From Vulcanimicrobiota bacterium (GTDB lineage: Bacteria; Vulcanimicrobiota; Vulcanimicrobiia; Vulcanimicrobiales; Vulcanimicrobiaceae), in assembly GCA_963795855.1 (NCBI GenBank), contig CAWCIZ010000004.1:224001-288000 (forward strand): a DNA stretch of 64,000 nt, written 5' to 3'. This document shows, one piece after another, positions 22,338 through 32,908 of the stretch; positions within the stretch are counted from its first letter, which is position 1; every line of letters starts with the position of its first letter. The position numbers and the translations under genes are program-made. Below the pieces are notes generated by a model, which did not search any database, was not told the origin of the DNA, and saw only the letters and a list, made by a program, of their open reading frames with translations.

Positions 22338-23152
22338 TCATCACGGTGGCGCCCGTAGGCGCGGAACTGACGCCGGATCAGACGCCGCATCTTGCCGTCA
22401 CGCCCGCGCAAATCGGGGAGGTCGCACGCAAAGTGCGCGATGCTGGCGCCTCGATGATTCACGTCCATTGCCGCAACGACGACGGAACGAATACGCACGA
22501 CGTCTCCCGCTTCGAAGCGTACGCCGAAATTCGCGCGCAGAGCGACCTCATCGTGCAATTTTCCACGGGCGGCGCAATCGGCATGTCGCCCGACGAGCGC
22601 GCGTCGGTGCTGCAATTGCGTCCCGAAATGGCGACGCTTACGTGCGGGACGGTAAACTTCGGCGACGACGTCTTCGAGAACAGCTTTCCAATCATGCGCG
22701 GCATTCTGCAGAAGATGCGCGAGTACGGCGTGCGCCCCGAACTCGAGATTTTCGACAAAGGGCACCTTTCCAACGCGCGGCGTTTGGAAAAGGAAGGCTT
22801 GCTCTCGTTCCCGCAGCACGTCGATTTCGTCTTGGGCGTCCCGGGCGGTTTGGATGCGACGGTTCAAAACCTGTGCGACTTGGTGGACGCGCTTCCGGGC
22901 GGGTGCACCTGGTCGGTTGCCGGCATCGGGCGCATGCAGCTGCCGATGGCGATGGCGGCCTTGGCGATGGGCGGCCACGTGCGCGTCGGTTTGGAAGACA
23001 ACATTTATTACTCGAAAGGCCGGCTGGCGACGAACGAGGATCTCGTAGCGCGCGTAGTGCGTTTAGCCGGCGAGTTGGGCCGCCCCGTCGCCACCCCGGA
23101 CGAGGCCCGTCAGATACTTGGCTTGGCAAGGAGAACCCCGGCCATTCTTTAA
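22325..23152 (+). CDS. kce: 3-keto-5-aminohexanoate cleavage enzyme (BKACE/DUF849)
   Basis: IITVAPVGAE, MIHVHCR, QFSTGG, PELEIFD, HVRVGLEDN. Confidence 0.9.
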   Translation: MDPVIITVAPVGAELTPDQTPHLAVTPAQIGEVARKVRDAGASMIHVHCRNDDGTNTHDVSRFEAYAEIRAQSDLIVQFSTGGAIGMSPDERASVLQLRPEMATLTCGTVNFGDDVFENSFPIMRGILQKMREYGVRPELEIFDKGHLSNARRLEKEGLLSFPQHVDFVLGVPGGLDATVQNLCDLVDALPGGCTWSVAGIGRMQLPMAMAALAMGGHVRVGLEDNIYYSKGRLATNEDLVARVVRLAGELGRPVATPDEARQILGLARRTPAIL

Positions 23153-23170
23153 TAGACCGCGGGTTCTTTT
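23132..23170 (+). terminator. Possible intrinsic terminator after kce
   Basis: AGAACCC..CGG pairs with CCG..GGGTTCT and ends in a T4 run; loop is long. Confidence 0.3.
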
Positions 23171-23184
23171 GGAGGTGCGGCCCC

Positions 23185-24159
23185 CTGTTTACTTACGTCG
23201 TCCGCCGAACGCTTCAGGCAATTCCGCTGCTGATCTTGATCTCGTTCATTTTGTTCGTGATCTTGCACAACGCTCCGGGCGGCGGTTTGGGCGCGTACCT
23301 GCAGAACCCCCACATCACACAGGCAGACATCGTCCGGCTCAAACACAATCTCGGGCTGGACAAGCCGCTGCCCATTCAGTATTTCGTGTGGCTGGGGCAC
23401 TCGGTCACCGGCGATTTCGGCTGGTCCATGAGCAATTCGGAGCCGGTTTTCAACGCGATTGTGGAGCGCCTGCCGGCGACGCTCGAACTGATGGTGTCCT
23501 CGTTCATCCTCGCGTTCATCGTGGGCGTCTCCGCGGGTTTATTCGCAGCGGTTCGGCCCTATTCGATCTGGGATTATTTCATTACGACCTTCGCCTTCTT
23601 CGGACAGTCGATGCCGGTGTTCTGGTTCGCGCTCATGATGCAGCTGGCGTTCGCGGTGCACGGCATTCCGCTCCCGGGCGGCTGGCAGCTTCAATTGCCT
23701 TCGGCAGGTATTTCGGGTTCCGATACGTTCGATTTCGGCGATCGCGTTTCGCATTTGATCCTGCCGATGATCGTGCTCGCGCTGCTTCAAGTCGCGCTCT
23801 ACAGCCGGTTCATGCGCAGTTCGATGCTGGAAGTGATCAAGACGGATTACATGCGCACGGCGTGGGCGAAAGGACTGAACTTCCGCACGGTGCTTTTCAA
23901 GCACGGATTGAAGAACGCGCTCATTCCGCTCGTAACGGTCACGGCGCTCACGCTGCCGGGCTTGTTCGGAGGCGCGATCGTCACCGAAACGATTTTCGCG
24001 TGGCCCGGTGAAGGCCGCCTGTTCTACAATGCGCTCGGACAGCAAGACATCTCGTTGATGCAAGGCTATCTCATCTTCAACGCGTTCCTGGTGGTGCTGT
24101 TCAACTTGCTCGCCGATGTGGCGTACGCGTGGCTCGATCCGCGCGTGAAATACGACTAG
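23185..24159 (+). CDS. Peptide/nickel ABC permease (OppB/DppB family)
   Basis: YVVRRTLQAIP, LGLDKPLPIQY, RLPATLEL, DYMRTAWAKGL, ETIFAWPG. GGAGG SD; start codon reads CTG (uncertain). Confidence 0.9.
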   Translation: MFTYVVRRTLQAIPLLILISFILFVILHNAPGGGLGAYLQNPHITQADIVRLKHNLGLDKPLPIQYFVWLGHSVTGDFGWSMSNSEPVFNAIVERLPATLELMVSSFILAFIVGVSAGLFAAVRPYSIWDYFITTFAFFGQSMPVFWFALMMQLAFAVHGIPLPGGWQLQLPSAGISGSDTFDFGDRVSHLILPMIVLALLQVALYSRFMRSSMLEVIKTDYMRTAWAKGLNFRTVLFKHGLKNALIPLVTVTALTLPGLFGGAIVTETIFAWPGEGRLFYNALGQQDISLMQGYLIFNAFLVVLFNLLADVAYAWLDPRVKYD

Positions 24160-24171
24160 AGGGCGACCGGC

Positions 24172-25110
24172 ATGGCAATTTCCGCACCGATGAATCAGCC
24201 GATCCTCGAAGACGCGGCGATCGAGTACACCAAGAACACCGTTTGGCGACGCTTCCGCAAACACAAACTCGCGATGGCCGGTGCGGTCGTTCTTTTGCTG
24301 ATGGTGCTGATGGCCGTCTTCGCGCATAAGCTCGCGCCGTACGATCCCAACGGGATCGACGAAGTGCACTGGCAAGGCAACCCGCTTCCCCCGTGTTTCC
24401 AGGATGCGGTTCACTGCGGCGCGCATTCGCTCGGAACCGACGAGAATGGACGCGATTTGCTGTCGCGTTTGATGTTCGGCGCGCGCATTTCACTGACGGT
24501 GGGCGTGGCAGCGGTGATCATGGAGCTGATCATCGGCACGCTGCTGGGTGCGATGGCCGGCTACTACGGCGGCTGGATCGACTACATCATCATGCGCATC
24601 ACGGATGTGTTTTTGTCGATTCCGCTCTTGCCGCTGCTGCTCACACTCACCGGTATCGTGGCCGCAAGCAGCAGTAAAGCCTCGCTCGGATTCGGCGTCA
24701 TCGTCGTGATCATCGGCGCATTATCGTGGCCCGGAGTCGCGCGTTTGGTGCGCGCGTCGTATCTTTCGCTTCGAGAGCGGGAGTACACGGAGGCGGCGCG
24801 GGCACTGGGCAACGGCGACGCGCGCATCATGCTGCGGCACCTGCTGCCGAACGCGATCGCACCAATCATCGTTCAAGCGACGCTCGACGTCGCGAACGTC
24901 ATCGTGCTGGAGTCTACGCTCTCATTCTTGGGCTTCGGCATACAGCCGCCGACGGCGTCTTGGGGCAACATGCTCGCGAACGCGGAGAGCAACCTCGAAA
25001 TCGCCTGGTGGGCGGCCGTGTTTCCGGGCTTGTGCATCCTGGTGACGGTTCTGGCGATTAACTATATCGGCGACGGTCTGCGGGATGCGCTTGACCCGAA
25101 CATGCGCTAG
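24172..25110 (+). CDS. Peptide/nickel ABC permease (OppC/DppC family)
   Basis: LGTDENGRD, EYTEAARALG, HLLPN, LSFLGFG, GDGLRDALDP. Confidence 0.93.
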   Translation: MAISAPMNQPILEDAAIEYTKNTVWRRFRKHKLAMAGAVVLLLMVLMAVFAHKLAPYDPNGIDEVHWQGNPLPPCFQDAVHCGAHSLGTDENGRDLLSRLMFGARISLTVGVAAVIMELIIGTLLGAMAGYYGGWIDYIIMRITDVFLSIPLLPLLLTLTGIVAASSSKASLGFGVIVVIIGALSWPGVARLVRASYLSLREREYTEAARALGNGDARIMLRHLLPNAIAPIIVQATLDVANVIVLESTLSFLGFGIQPPTASWGNMLANAESNLEIAWWAAVFPGLCILVTVLAINYIGDGLRDALDPNMR

Positions 25111-25131
25111 CATATAGACTCTCTTAGTTAT

Positions 25132-25298
25132 CTCAACGCGAGGTTTGGTTTTGGCGTCGCGTTGAGGATGGCTCCGACACCGCTTGCAAAGCGGGGATGG
25201 CGAGAGCGAGCCATGCGGAGCAGCGGTCCACGGAGTCAGGATGGCTCCGCGTACCAGCGGCATTCGCAACGCGATGCCGAAATCAAAGCCGAGCCTCC
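25132..25298. repeat. Long imperfect palindromic element upstream of tRNA
   Basis: 25140-25164 pairs with 25267-25297; internal hairpins; three GGATGG motifs. Confidence 0.6.
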
Positions 25299-25300
25299 GT

Positions 25301-25388
25301 GCGCGAGTGGCGGAATTGGTAGACGCACTCAGCTTGAGGGGCTAGCGCCCGCAAGGGCGTGCTGGTTCGAGTCCAGTCTCGCGCACCA
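25301..25388 (+). tRNA. tRNA-Leu(GAG)
   Basis: GCGCGAG/CTCGCGC acceptor stem, D loop GGAATTGGTAGA, anticodon loop TTGAGGG, long variable arm CGCCCGCAAGGGCG, TTCGAGT, encoded CCA. One extra C in the anticodon stem (probable read error). Confidence 0.93.
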
Positions 25389-25439
25389 TGTAAAAAAGCC
25401 CCGCCGCTGCAAAAACAGCGGCGCTGCGCACCATCGCGG

Positions 25440-25545
25440 TGCTGCGTGCCTCCCAGCGGCGAAGCCGCCGAGGCCCCCAGCAGTCTCGCGCGCCCACCAC
25501 GGCGATCGACCGCTCCGTGTCACATTCGCCCCCGTCCCCACGCTC
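25440..25545 (-). repeat. Diverged copy of the GGGGGCCCC intergenic repeat family
   Basis: Minus strand ACGGGGGCGAATGTG...TGGGGGCCTCGGCGG...GGGAGGCACGC resembles 37500-37590. Confidence 0.45.
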
Positions 25546-25651
25546 ACTCATTCGGTTCGATACGCAGCAACTTTCGGTAAGGTGTGAAACCATACCGACC
25601 GTCGGACCGTAGTGGAGAGCATACCGGCCCGCCCCAGGAGCTTTTCGTATC

Positions 25652-28600
25652 GTGTGGTTGACCCGCTTTGCCATTACCAGACCGATCATCACCGCAATGG
25701 TATTCATTGCTTTGGCGATTTTCGGTTTTATCTCGTTTTTGCAGTTGGGCCGGAGTTCGAATCCCCCGGGGACGCAGTTTCCCGTCGTCCTGGTCGAGGC
25801 CGGATACCCGGGAGCCTCGCCGCAAGACATGGAGCGTCTGGTCATCAAGCCAATCGAAGATCAGATGGCCGGCATCGACAACCTCGATCACATGACGGCT
25901 ACGGCGCAGGAAGGTTCGGCGAGCGTTGCGGTCTTCTTTCGGATAGGCACCGACCTCAATCTCGCCGCGGTCGACGTGCAGCGGCGGACGGATACGGCGC
26001 GCATCTACATGCCCTCGGATTTGAATCCGCCGGTGGTCGACAAATCCGCGGGAGACAACACGCCGCCGTTGCTCGACATTGCGGTGAGTTCGAAATCGCT
26101 CTCCCAGACCCAAATAGCGGATCTCGTCAATAATCAGATCACGCCGCTGATACAGGCGATCCCGGACGTGCAGTCGGTCAACGTGTACGGTTCGGCCGAC
26201 CGCGAATTTCACGTCGAACCGGACCCCTCGCGTCTGCTCGGCGCGAACGCGACGCTCGCCGACGTATTCGGCGCAGTCGCCAACAACAATCTGAACGTAC
26301 CGGGCGGCATCCTGACCCAGCCCACGCAAGAATCCACCGTCGCGATTCATTCCTACGTCACCAAAGCGAGCGATTTGCTCGGTATTCCGCTCCCGGTTCC
26401 CGGATCGTCGATGCAGGGTCTGCGCATCGGCGACGTCGCGAGTGCGTACGACAGCCACGTCGAGATGAGAACGATCTCGCATTATAACGGGCAGCCGCGC
26501 GTGTACATTCAAATCAATCCGACGGTAGACGCGGACCAGATCAAAGCCACGCAAAACGCGCGCGCGCAGATGAAGATTATCGAGGCGCGCTTTCCGCAGC
26601 TGCAGTTCGTGGAAGAAGACGCCCAGGCCGACGTCACCGCCAAAGAGCTCTGGGGCGTGGGGCAATCGCTCATCGAGGGCATCGCGCTCACGGCCATCGT
26701 CATGATGCTCTTCCTGCACGCGTGGCGCAATGCCGTCGTCGTGCTGGTAGCGATTCCGTCTTCGATTCTCTCGACGTTCATCTTGATGAAACTGTTCGGC
26801 TTCCACATCGACGATTTGTCGATGATGGGGCTCTCGCTCATCATCGGCATCTTGGTCGACGACTCGATCGTCGTGCTCGAAAACATCACGCGACATCGAG
26901 ACATGGGGCAAAATCCGATGGACGCCGCAATCAACGGGCGCAGCGAAATCGGCGGAGCGGCGGTGGCTATCACCATGGTCGACGTCGTGGTATTTTTGCC
27001 GATCGCGCTGTTGCCCGGCATCACCGGCGAATATCTCAAGGAATACGGTGCGGTCGTCGTGACCGCAACGCTGTTCTCGCTCTTCGTATCGTTCACGCTC
27101 ACGCCGCTCTTGGCTGCAAAGTGGAGCATGCGCAAGCGCTCCGAAGGCGATCCCGCGTGGGTGCGAGCGTTGGATAACCGGGTGCTCGACGTCGGACTCA
27201 TCGTCGTTGCCGCCCTCATGTGGGTCGCGGGCAGTGCCACCGGATGGTTCTTGCTGAACGTCTTCGGCGTGTTCATTGCCGCCCTGCTGGTGCTGAATCT
27301 CGTCGTGCACCGCTACGAGCAGTTCACGCGCTTTTACAAAGGCGTATTGCTTCCGTTCGCACTCGCGCACGGCTCCTTCGTGGTGTTTACCTGCGCGTTA
27401 CTCTTGGTGAACGCGCTCGCGCTCGTCGGAAGCGGCGCCAATGCCTTACCGCTCGACGGCGTCATCATCGCCGCGACGCTCGTTTTCTACACTATTGCGT
27501 GGTTCATGCGCGGGAGCCGTCGCCGCCGCGGAAAGCCGATCTCCGGATTCGCAACGCTCGGTTCGTACCGGCCGCTTTCGATTGCGACGCTGGTCATGCC
27601 GGCGGTACTCGGCGTAGTCATGTGGTCGCTCGGCGGCATCAATTTCGATTTCTTCCCCGCGCAGCAGACCGGCGTCATCAATATGTCGGTCAGTTATCCG
27701 CCCGGCACGCCGATCTCGATGACCGATCGTTACGTCACGCGGCTCGAGGACGCGCTGATGAAAATGCGCTGGATGAAGTCCGTCAGTTCGACCGTCGGCA
27801 TGAAGCCGTCCGGATTCGGCATGATACTGGGCGGAAATTTCGCTCGTCTCACCGCGCAGGTGGACGACGCGCACGTCAAGCAGACGAATCAGGTCGTCGC
27901 TCAGATTCGCAAGATGGGCTATCTCGTCCCGGGTGGCGATTTTCAGGTGAATCAGGAAAGCGGCGGCGGCGGCGGAGGCGCAGCGATCTTCTACTCGTTG
28001 AGCGGACCCGAAGATGCCATCGGCCCGGCAGCGGAAAAAGTCGCGAAGTATTTGCGCACGATTCAGGGATCCGTGAACGTGCAGACGTCCGCAGAAATTG
28101 CGGCTCCGCGCCTCAACGTCGACATCGATCAATCGAAGGCCGAGATGCTCGGCATCGCGCCGTCGGCCGCAGCGAACGTTGCACGCATCGCCGTCGACGG
28201 CGCCGTCGCAACGAAGGTCCGCACGCAAAACGGGCTGGTCGACGTGCGGGTACAGTTCCCGCAGGCCGACCGCAACACGGTGGACGACTTGAAGACAGTG
28301 CGCGTGCGCGCGAATGACGGAACGCTCGTGCCTCTCGGCGACGTCGCAACGTTTACGTGGACGAAAGCGCCGACGCGCATCGAACGTTTGAATCGTCAGC
28401 GCGTCGTCAACGTTACGAGCGATCTGCTTCCGGGGTACTCGACGGGCCAAGTGCAAGGGCCGCTGGACAAAAAAATGCGCCAGCCCGGTTTTCTGCCGTC
28501 GGGCGTCGCGCCCGTTGCACAGGGCAATTCGCAGTGGGTCGGCGAGACCATGGTCAACATGGGCATCGCCCTGCTCACCTCGTTCATGCTCGTCTACATG

Positions 28601-29119
28601 CTGATGGTGATCCTGTACGGATCTTTCCTCGAGCCGTTGATCGTCATGTTCTCCGTTCCGCTTGCGATTATCGGCGCGTTGACGTTCCTCGCGGTGATGG
28701 GGCGCCTTCAGCCGGAGCAAGGGCAATCGCTCAACATTATCTCGATTCTCGGCATCATCATGCTCTTCGGGCTCGTCGCGAAAAATGGGATATTGCTCGT
28801 CGATTACTCCAACACGCTGATCAAGCGCGGACTGCGCGTTCGTGACGCCGTGCTGCAGGCGTCCGCGACGCGCTTCCGTCCGATCGTCATGACGACCGCA
28901 GCGATGATCTTCGGCATGCTGCCGCTCGCGCTCGGATACGCGGAGGGCGGTGAATGGCGCCAGGCGATGGGTACCGTCATCATCGGCGGCCTGCTCAGCT
29001 CGCTCGTGCTCACGCTGTTCCTCGTACCAATGATCTACAACACCTGGATGGGCGCGTTGGAGCGGCGCGCCGACCGTCGCGCCGCCAAGGCCGAACTCCA
29101 GCAGCCGGTCACCGTCTAG
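25652..29119 (+). CDS. RND efflux transporter, AcrB/AcrD/AcrF family (1155 aa)
   Basis: YPGASP..E..V.KPIE, GILVDDSIVVLEN, SFTLTP, GLVAKNGILLVD, RFRPIVMTT, IGGLLSS..LTL. Confidence 0.95.
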   Translation: MWLTRFAITRPIITAMVFIALAIFGFISFLQLGRSSNPPGTQFPVVLVEAGYPGASPQDMERLVIKPIEDQMAGIDNLDHMTATAQEGSASVAVFFRIGTDLNLAAVDVQRRTDTARIYMPSDLNPPVVDKSAGDNTPPLLDIAVSSKSLSQTQIADLVNNQITPLIQAIPDVQSVNVYGSADREFHVEPDPSRLLGANATLADVFGAVANNNLNVPGGILTQPTQESTVAIHSYVTKASDLLGIPLPVPGSSMQGLRIGDVASAYDSHVEMRTISHYNGQPRVYIQINPTVDADQIKATQNARAQMKIIEARFPQLQFVEEDAQADVTAKELWGVGQSLIEGIALTAIVMMLFLHAWRNAVVVLVAIPSSILSTFILMKLFGFHIDDLSMMGLSLIIGILVDDSIVVLENITRHRDMGQNPMDAAINGRSEIGGAAVAITMVDVVVFLPIALLPGITGEYLKEYGAVVVTATLFSLFVSFTLTPLLAAKWSMRKRSEGDPAWVRALDNRVLDVGLIVVAALMWVAGSATGWFLLNVFGVFIAALLVLNLVVHRYEQFTRFYKGVLLPFALAHGSFVVFTCALLLVNALALVGSGANALPLDGVIIAATLVFYTIAWFMRGSRRRRGKPISGFATLGSYRPLSIATLVMPAVLGVVMWSLGGINFDFFPAQQTGVINMSVSYPPGTPISMTDRYVTRLEDALMKMRWMKSVSSTVGMKPSGFGMILGGNFARLTAQVDDAHVKQTNQVVAQIRKMGYLVPGGDFQVNQESGGGGGGAAIFYSLSGPEDAIGPAAEKVAKYLRTIQGSVNVQTSAEIAAPRLNVDIDQSKAEMLGIAPSAAANVARIAVDGAVATKVRTQNGLVDVRVQFPQADRNTVDDLKTVRVRANDGTLVPLGDVATFTWTKAPTRIERLNRQRVVNVTSDLLPGYSTGQVQGPLDKKMRQPGFLPSGVAPVAQGNSQWVGETMVNMGIALLTSFMLVYMLMVILYGSFLEPLIVMFSVPLAIIGALTFLAVMGRLQPEQGQSLNIISILGIIMLFGLVAKNGILLVDYSNTLIKRGLRVRDAVLQASATRFRPIVMTTAAMIFGMLPLALGYAEGGEWRQAMGTVIIGGLLSSLVLTLFLVPMIYNTWMGALERRADRRAAKAELQQPVTV

Positions 29120-29208
29120 AACGGAGCAACCGTGCAATCCCACACGGTTGGTGTGGGTAAGCAATCCCTCGGACAACGTCATTTACGTTCTCGGAGGAGA
29201 GAGAAAAC

Positions 29209-30268
29209 ATGCAACTACTCAAACGACTGGCAGGCGCGGGCCTGGCTGCGTCGTTCCTTTTCGGCATCGGGACGGTTGCGCCGGCGTCGGCGCAAAACGT
29301 CACGGTGACCGTGAACGGCCAAGCCATGTCCTTCGACCAGCCGCCGGTGATGCGCAATAACCGCGTCTTCGTTCCGATGCGCGCCATTTTCGAGCGGCTC
29401 GGTTCGAGCGTCGTGTATTCCAACGGCAACATCAACTCGCAGGGAAACGGACGCGCCGTTCACTTGACGATCGGTTCCACGCAAGCGTCGGTGAACGGTC
29501 AGCCGCTGACGATGGACGTGGCGCCGTTCACGGTCGCGGGTCGGACCGAAGTGCCCCTGCGCTTCGTCGCACAAGCGCTCGGCGCGAACGTAAACTGGAA
29601 CTCGAGCAACGAAACCGTCGCCATCACGACCTCCGGCGGATCGACCTCGTATACGCCGCAGCCGCAAACGAATGCGTCGTTCTATTTGAACAACGAGAAG
29701 CCGGGAAACGGCGCAACGACCCGCAGCACGCATCCGAATCTGCATGCGGAGTTCAGCGAGCCCGTGAATCGTGAGTCGCTGCGAGTAACCGTCGACGGGC
29801 GGGACGTCACCTCGCAAGTGTACGCCAATCAAAACGGGTTCGACGTCACGCCGAATTGGGAACTGGTTCCCGGTACGCATCACGTATCCGTGACCGGATC
29901 GACCACTGCGGGCCCGAGTTTTCGAACCGGGTGGTCGTTTTCGACCTCAGCCGGGGCCGCGGCGAACTTCATCCGCTCGTTGACCCCGTCGCCCGGATCG
30001 AAAGTGAGCAGTTCGTTTACGCTGAACGGAAACACCATCCCGGGCTCGCAAGTGCACATCGTCGCGAGCGGGGAAGCGAGCGCGCTCGGGCGGACTGCTG
30101 CAACTCGGTACCGGGACCTTCCAAACGGACGTTACGGCAGACGGCAACGGCAACTTTTCCGCGCAGATCGGGCTCAACGCCGTGTCCGGCGGCCAGGTTC
30201 GCGTGATCATCACGTCGACCTCGCCCAGCGGCGCATCGCTGGAACGTCAGCTGGTTTACAGCAGCTAG
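29209..30268 (+). CDS. Secreted copper-amine-oxidase N-terminal (stalk) domain protein with Ig-like domains (frameshift ~30090)
   Basis: Signal peptide; FDQPP..NRVFVPMRAIFE.LG, GRTEVPLRFVAQALGA.V.W; GGAGGA SD. Confidence 0.85.
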
Positions 30269-30344
30269 AGGTTCCCCGACATGGACGCTTTCGGGCGGCG
30301 CTTCCCGGGAAACCAGGAGCGCCGCCACGAAAAGCGCCCGTTCC

Positions 30345-32908
30345 ATGACTCGCGACGAACCTTCCGTGCATCGCGAATTCGCGCTGCCCGGCTCGACCTT
30401 GCGTTACGGCCCCGACAAGAGCGTCGACGTGCTGCACATCGACCTGTATTTGGAGCCCGATCTCGAGCGGGCGCATTTGGACGGTATCTGCACGACCACG
30501 GTGCGCGCGCTCGATGAGGCGGTTGCATCGCTCACGTTGGATGCCGTCGATCTGCAGATCGCGTCGGTCGAACGCGACGGAAAGCCGCTTGCATTCACGA
30601 CGGACGGGAAACACCTGCGCATCGAATTCGAACCGCCGGTTGCGCCCGAAGAAGAAGCGATTTTTGCGATTCGCTACGCCGTGACGCATCCGCGTCACGG
30701 TTTGTTCTTCGTCGAGCCGACTTCCGCATATCCGAACGCAGTTCGTCACGCATGGACGCAAAGTCAGGACGAAAACGCGCGTTATTGGTTCCCATGTCTG
30801 GATTATCCGCACGAGAAGCAGACGACGTCGACGGTCGTCTCGGTTCCGAAGGGCCAATTCGCGCTTGCGAATGGAGTCTGCTGGAATGCCGTGAGGAGGG
30901 CGCCCGCACGATATACGCTTATCGTCAGGACGTGCCGCACTCGACCTATCTCATGACGATGGTGGTAGGGCCGTTCGTGCAGGTCGATCAATCGCGGCAG
31001 CGCCCGGACGGCAACACGCTGCCCGTGTTCTATTACGTGCTTCCCGGGCGTGAAGCCGACGGGGAGCGCGCATTCGGCAAAACGCCCCGCATGATCGACG
31101 TTTTCGAAGAAAAACTCGGAGTGCCGTATCCGTACGCGCGCTACTCGCAGATCGCGGTGAGCGATTTCATCTTCGGCGGCATGGAAAATACGTCGGCCAC
31201 GACGCAGACGGATCGTACCCTCCACGACGAACGCGCGCATTTGGACTTTTCAAGCGATCCGCTGGTGGCGCACGAACTCGCGCACCAATGGTTCGGCGAT
31301 CTCCTGACGTGCCGCGATTGGTCTCACGCGTGGCTCAACGAAGGATTTGCGACGTACTTCGAGGCCGTATTCCGTGAGGCGGACTTAGGCTACGACGAAT
31401 ACGTTTACGACATTTTCGAATGTGTGGAGCGCTACATCGACGAGGACTCGCAGCGCTACCGGCGGCCGATCGTGTGCAATCGTTTTCGCGATCCGATCGA
31501 ACTTTTCGACCGCCATTTGTACGAAAAAGGCGGCGCGGTGCTGCACATGCTTCGCGGTGAACTGGGGGAAACGCGTTTCTGGCGAGCGATGCGACGCTAC
31601 GTCGCGGATAACGCGCAGCGCAACGTCGAAACGATCGATTTCATACGCGCGATCGAACAGAGCTCGGGCAGAAATCTGCGCGCGTTTTTCGATCAATGGG
31701 TGTTCCGCGGCGGACATCCGCAACTCACCGTTGGTTTGAAGTACGACGAAGAGCGGCGAACGCTCACGGTGACCATCGACCAAAAACAGCCGGTCGATGC
31801 GGGCGCCGGGCCCTACGTGTTCGACGTCGACCTTGGCGTAGTGGACCACGCGCCCGAGCGCGCCCGCGCCGACTTCGGAAGCGCACCGCTGCCGGGTGAA
31901 CGGCGTTTGCGCGTGAAGGTCGAACGCGCGCACGAGACCATTACGATCCCGCTCGACGCCTCTCCAGGCCTCGTGCGTTTCGATCCGGGCGCATTCATCC
32001 TGGCCGACGTCAGATACGAATTCGGCGAACGTTTCGCGCAAGCGGCGCTGGCCGCCGATCCGAACGTTGCCGCACGCATCCACGCAGCGCGGCAGCTCGC
32101 GAAAGACGGGTCCGCACAAGCGCGCGCCGCTTTGGAACGCGCATTTGCGAACGATCCCTCATGGGGCGTGCTGGAACAGGCGGCGCGGGCGCTCGGGCGC
32201 ACACGTGCACCGTGGGCCCAACGCCTGCTCGAGAAATCGCTCTCGCACGCGCATCCGAAAGTGCGCCGCGCGGCGGCGGCCGCGCTCGGCACATTTCGAA
32301 ACGCGCAGGCCGTGCAAGCGTTGTCCGCCCCCGCCCGCGGCGACGCGTCGTACTTCGTGCAGGCCGCCGCGCTGCACGCCCTGGGAAAAACGCGCGATCC
32401 GGGCGCGTTCGACGTGCTGGCCGAAGCAGTCGGCGGAAAATCGTGGAACGGCACCGTCGAAGCGGGCGCCGCACGCGGCTTGGGCGAGCTTGCCGATGCG
32501 CGTGCGGTTCCGCTTCTGATCGATGCTACTCAGCCGGGAAAGGACGAAAGCGTACGGCGTGCGGCGTTGGCTGCGCTGGCGCGTGCCGGACATTTGCTGG
32601 ATCACGAGCGCCCGCAAATCGTCGACGCGGTTGCTCAACGATTGGACGACTCGATGTTCTTAGTGCAGATCTCCGCGATTGCGGCAGCGGAAGATCTGGC
32701 GGACACCCGTCTCGTCGCGGGCTTGGACCGTCTCGCCGGCACCGGCTTTGACGGCCGCATTCGGCGAAACGCGGCGGAGGCCGCAATCCGCATCCGCGAA
32801 TCACAAAAAGTTCCCGCTCAGGTGAGCGGATTACGAACGGATCTCGATGCCTTACGTGAAGAGCAGCGTAAACTACAAGAGCAGATCGAGGCGCTCTCGC
32901 GGACGTAG
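30345..32908 (+). CDS. pepN: M1 aminopeptidase with C-terminal HEAT repeats and coiled coil (frameshift ~30875)
   Basis: WFPCLDYP, GGMEN, HELAHQWFG..WLNEG zinc motif, YEKGG. Confidence 0.92.

Noticed and set aside
25325..25345. Atypical tRNA with a bulged anticodon stem
   Set aside because: Removing one C restores a perfect CTAGC/GCTAG stem, so this is probably a read error.
25389..29119. tRNA-anchored genomic island
   Set aside because: No integrase, no duplicated tRNA 3' end seen, and no visible composition shift.
25544..29182. Long antisense ORFs (608 and 578 aa) opposite the RND gene, and similar shadows elsewhere
   Set aside because: Expected by-product of high-GC codon bias; no recognisable motifs.
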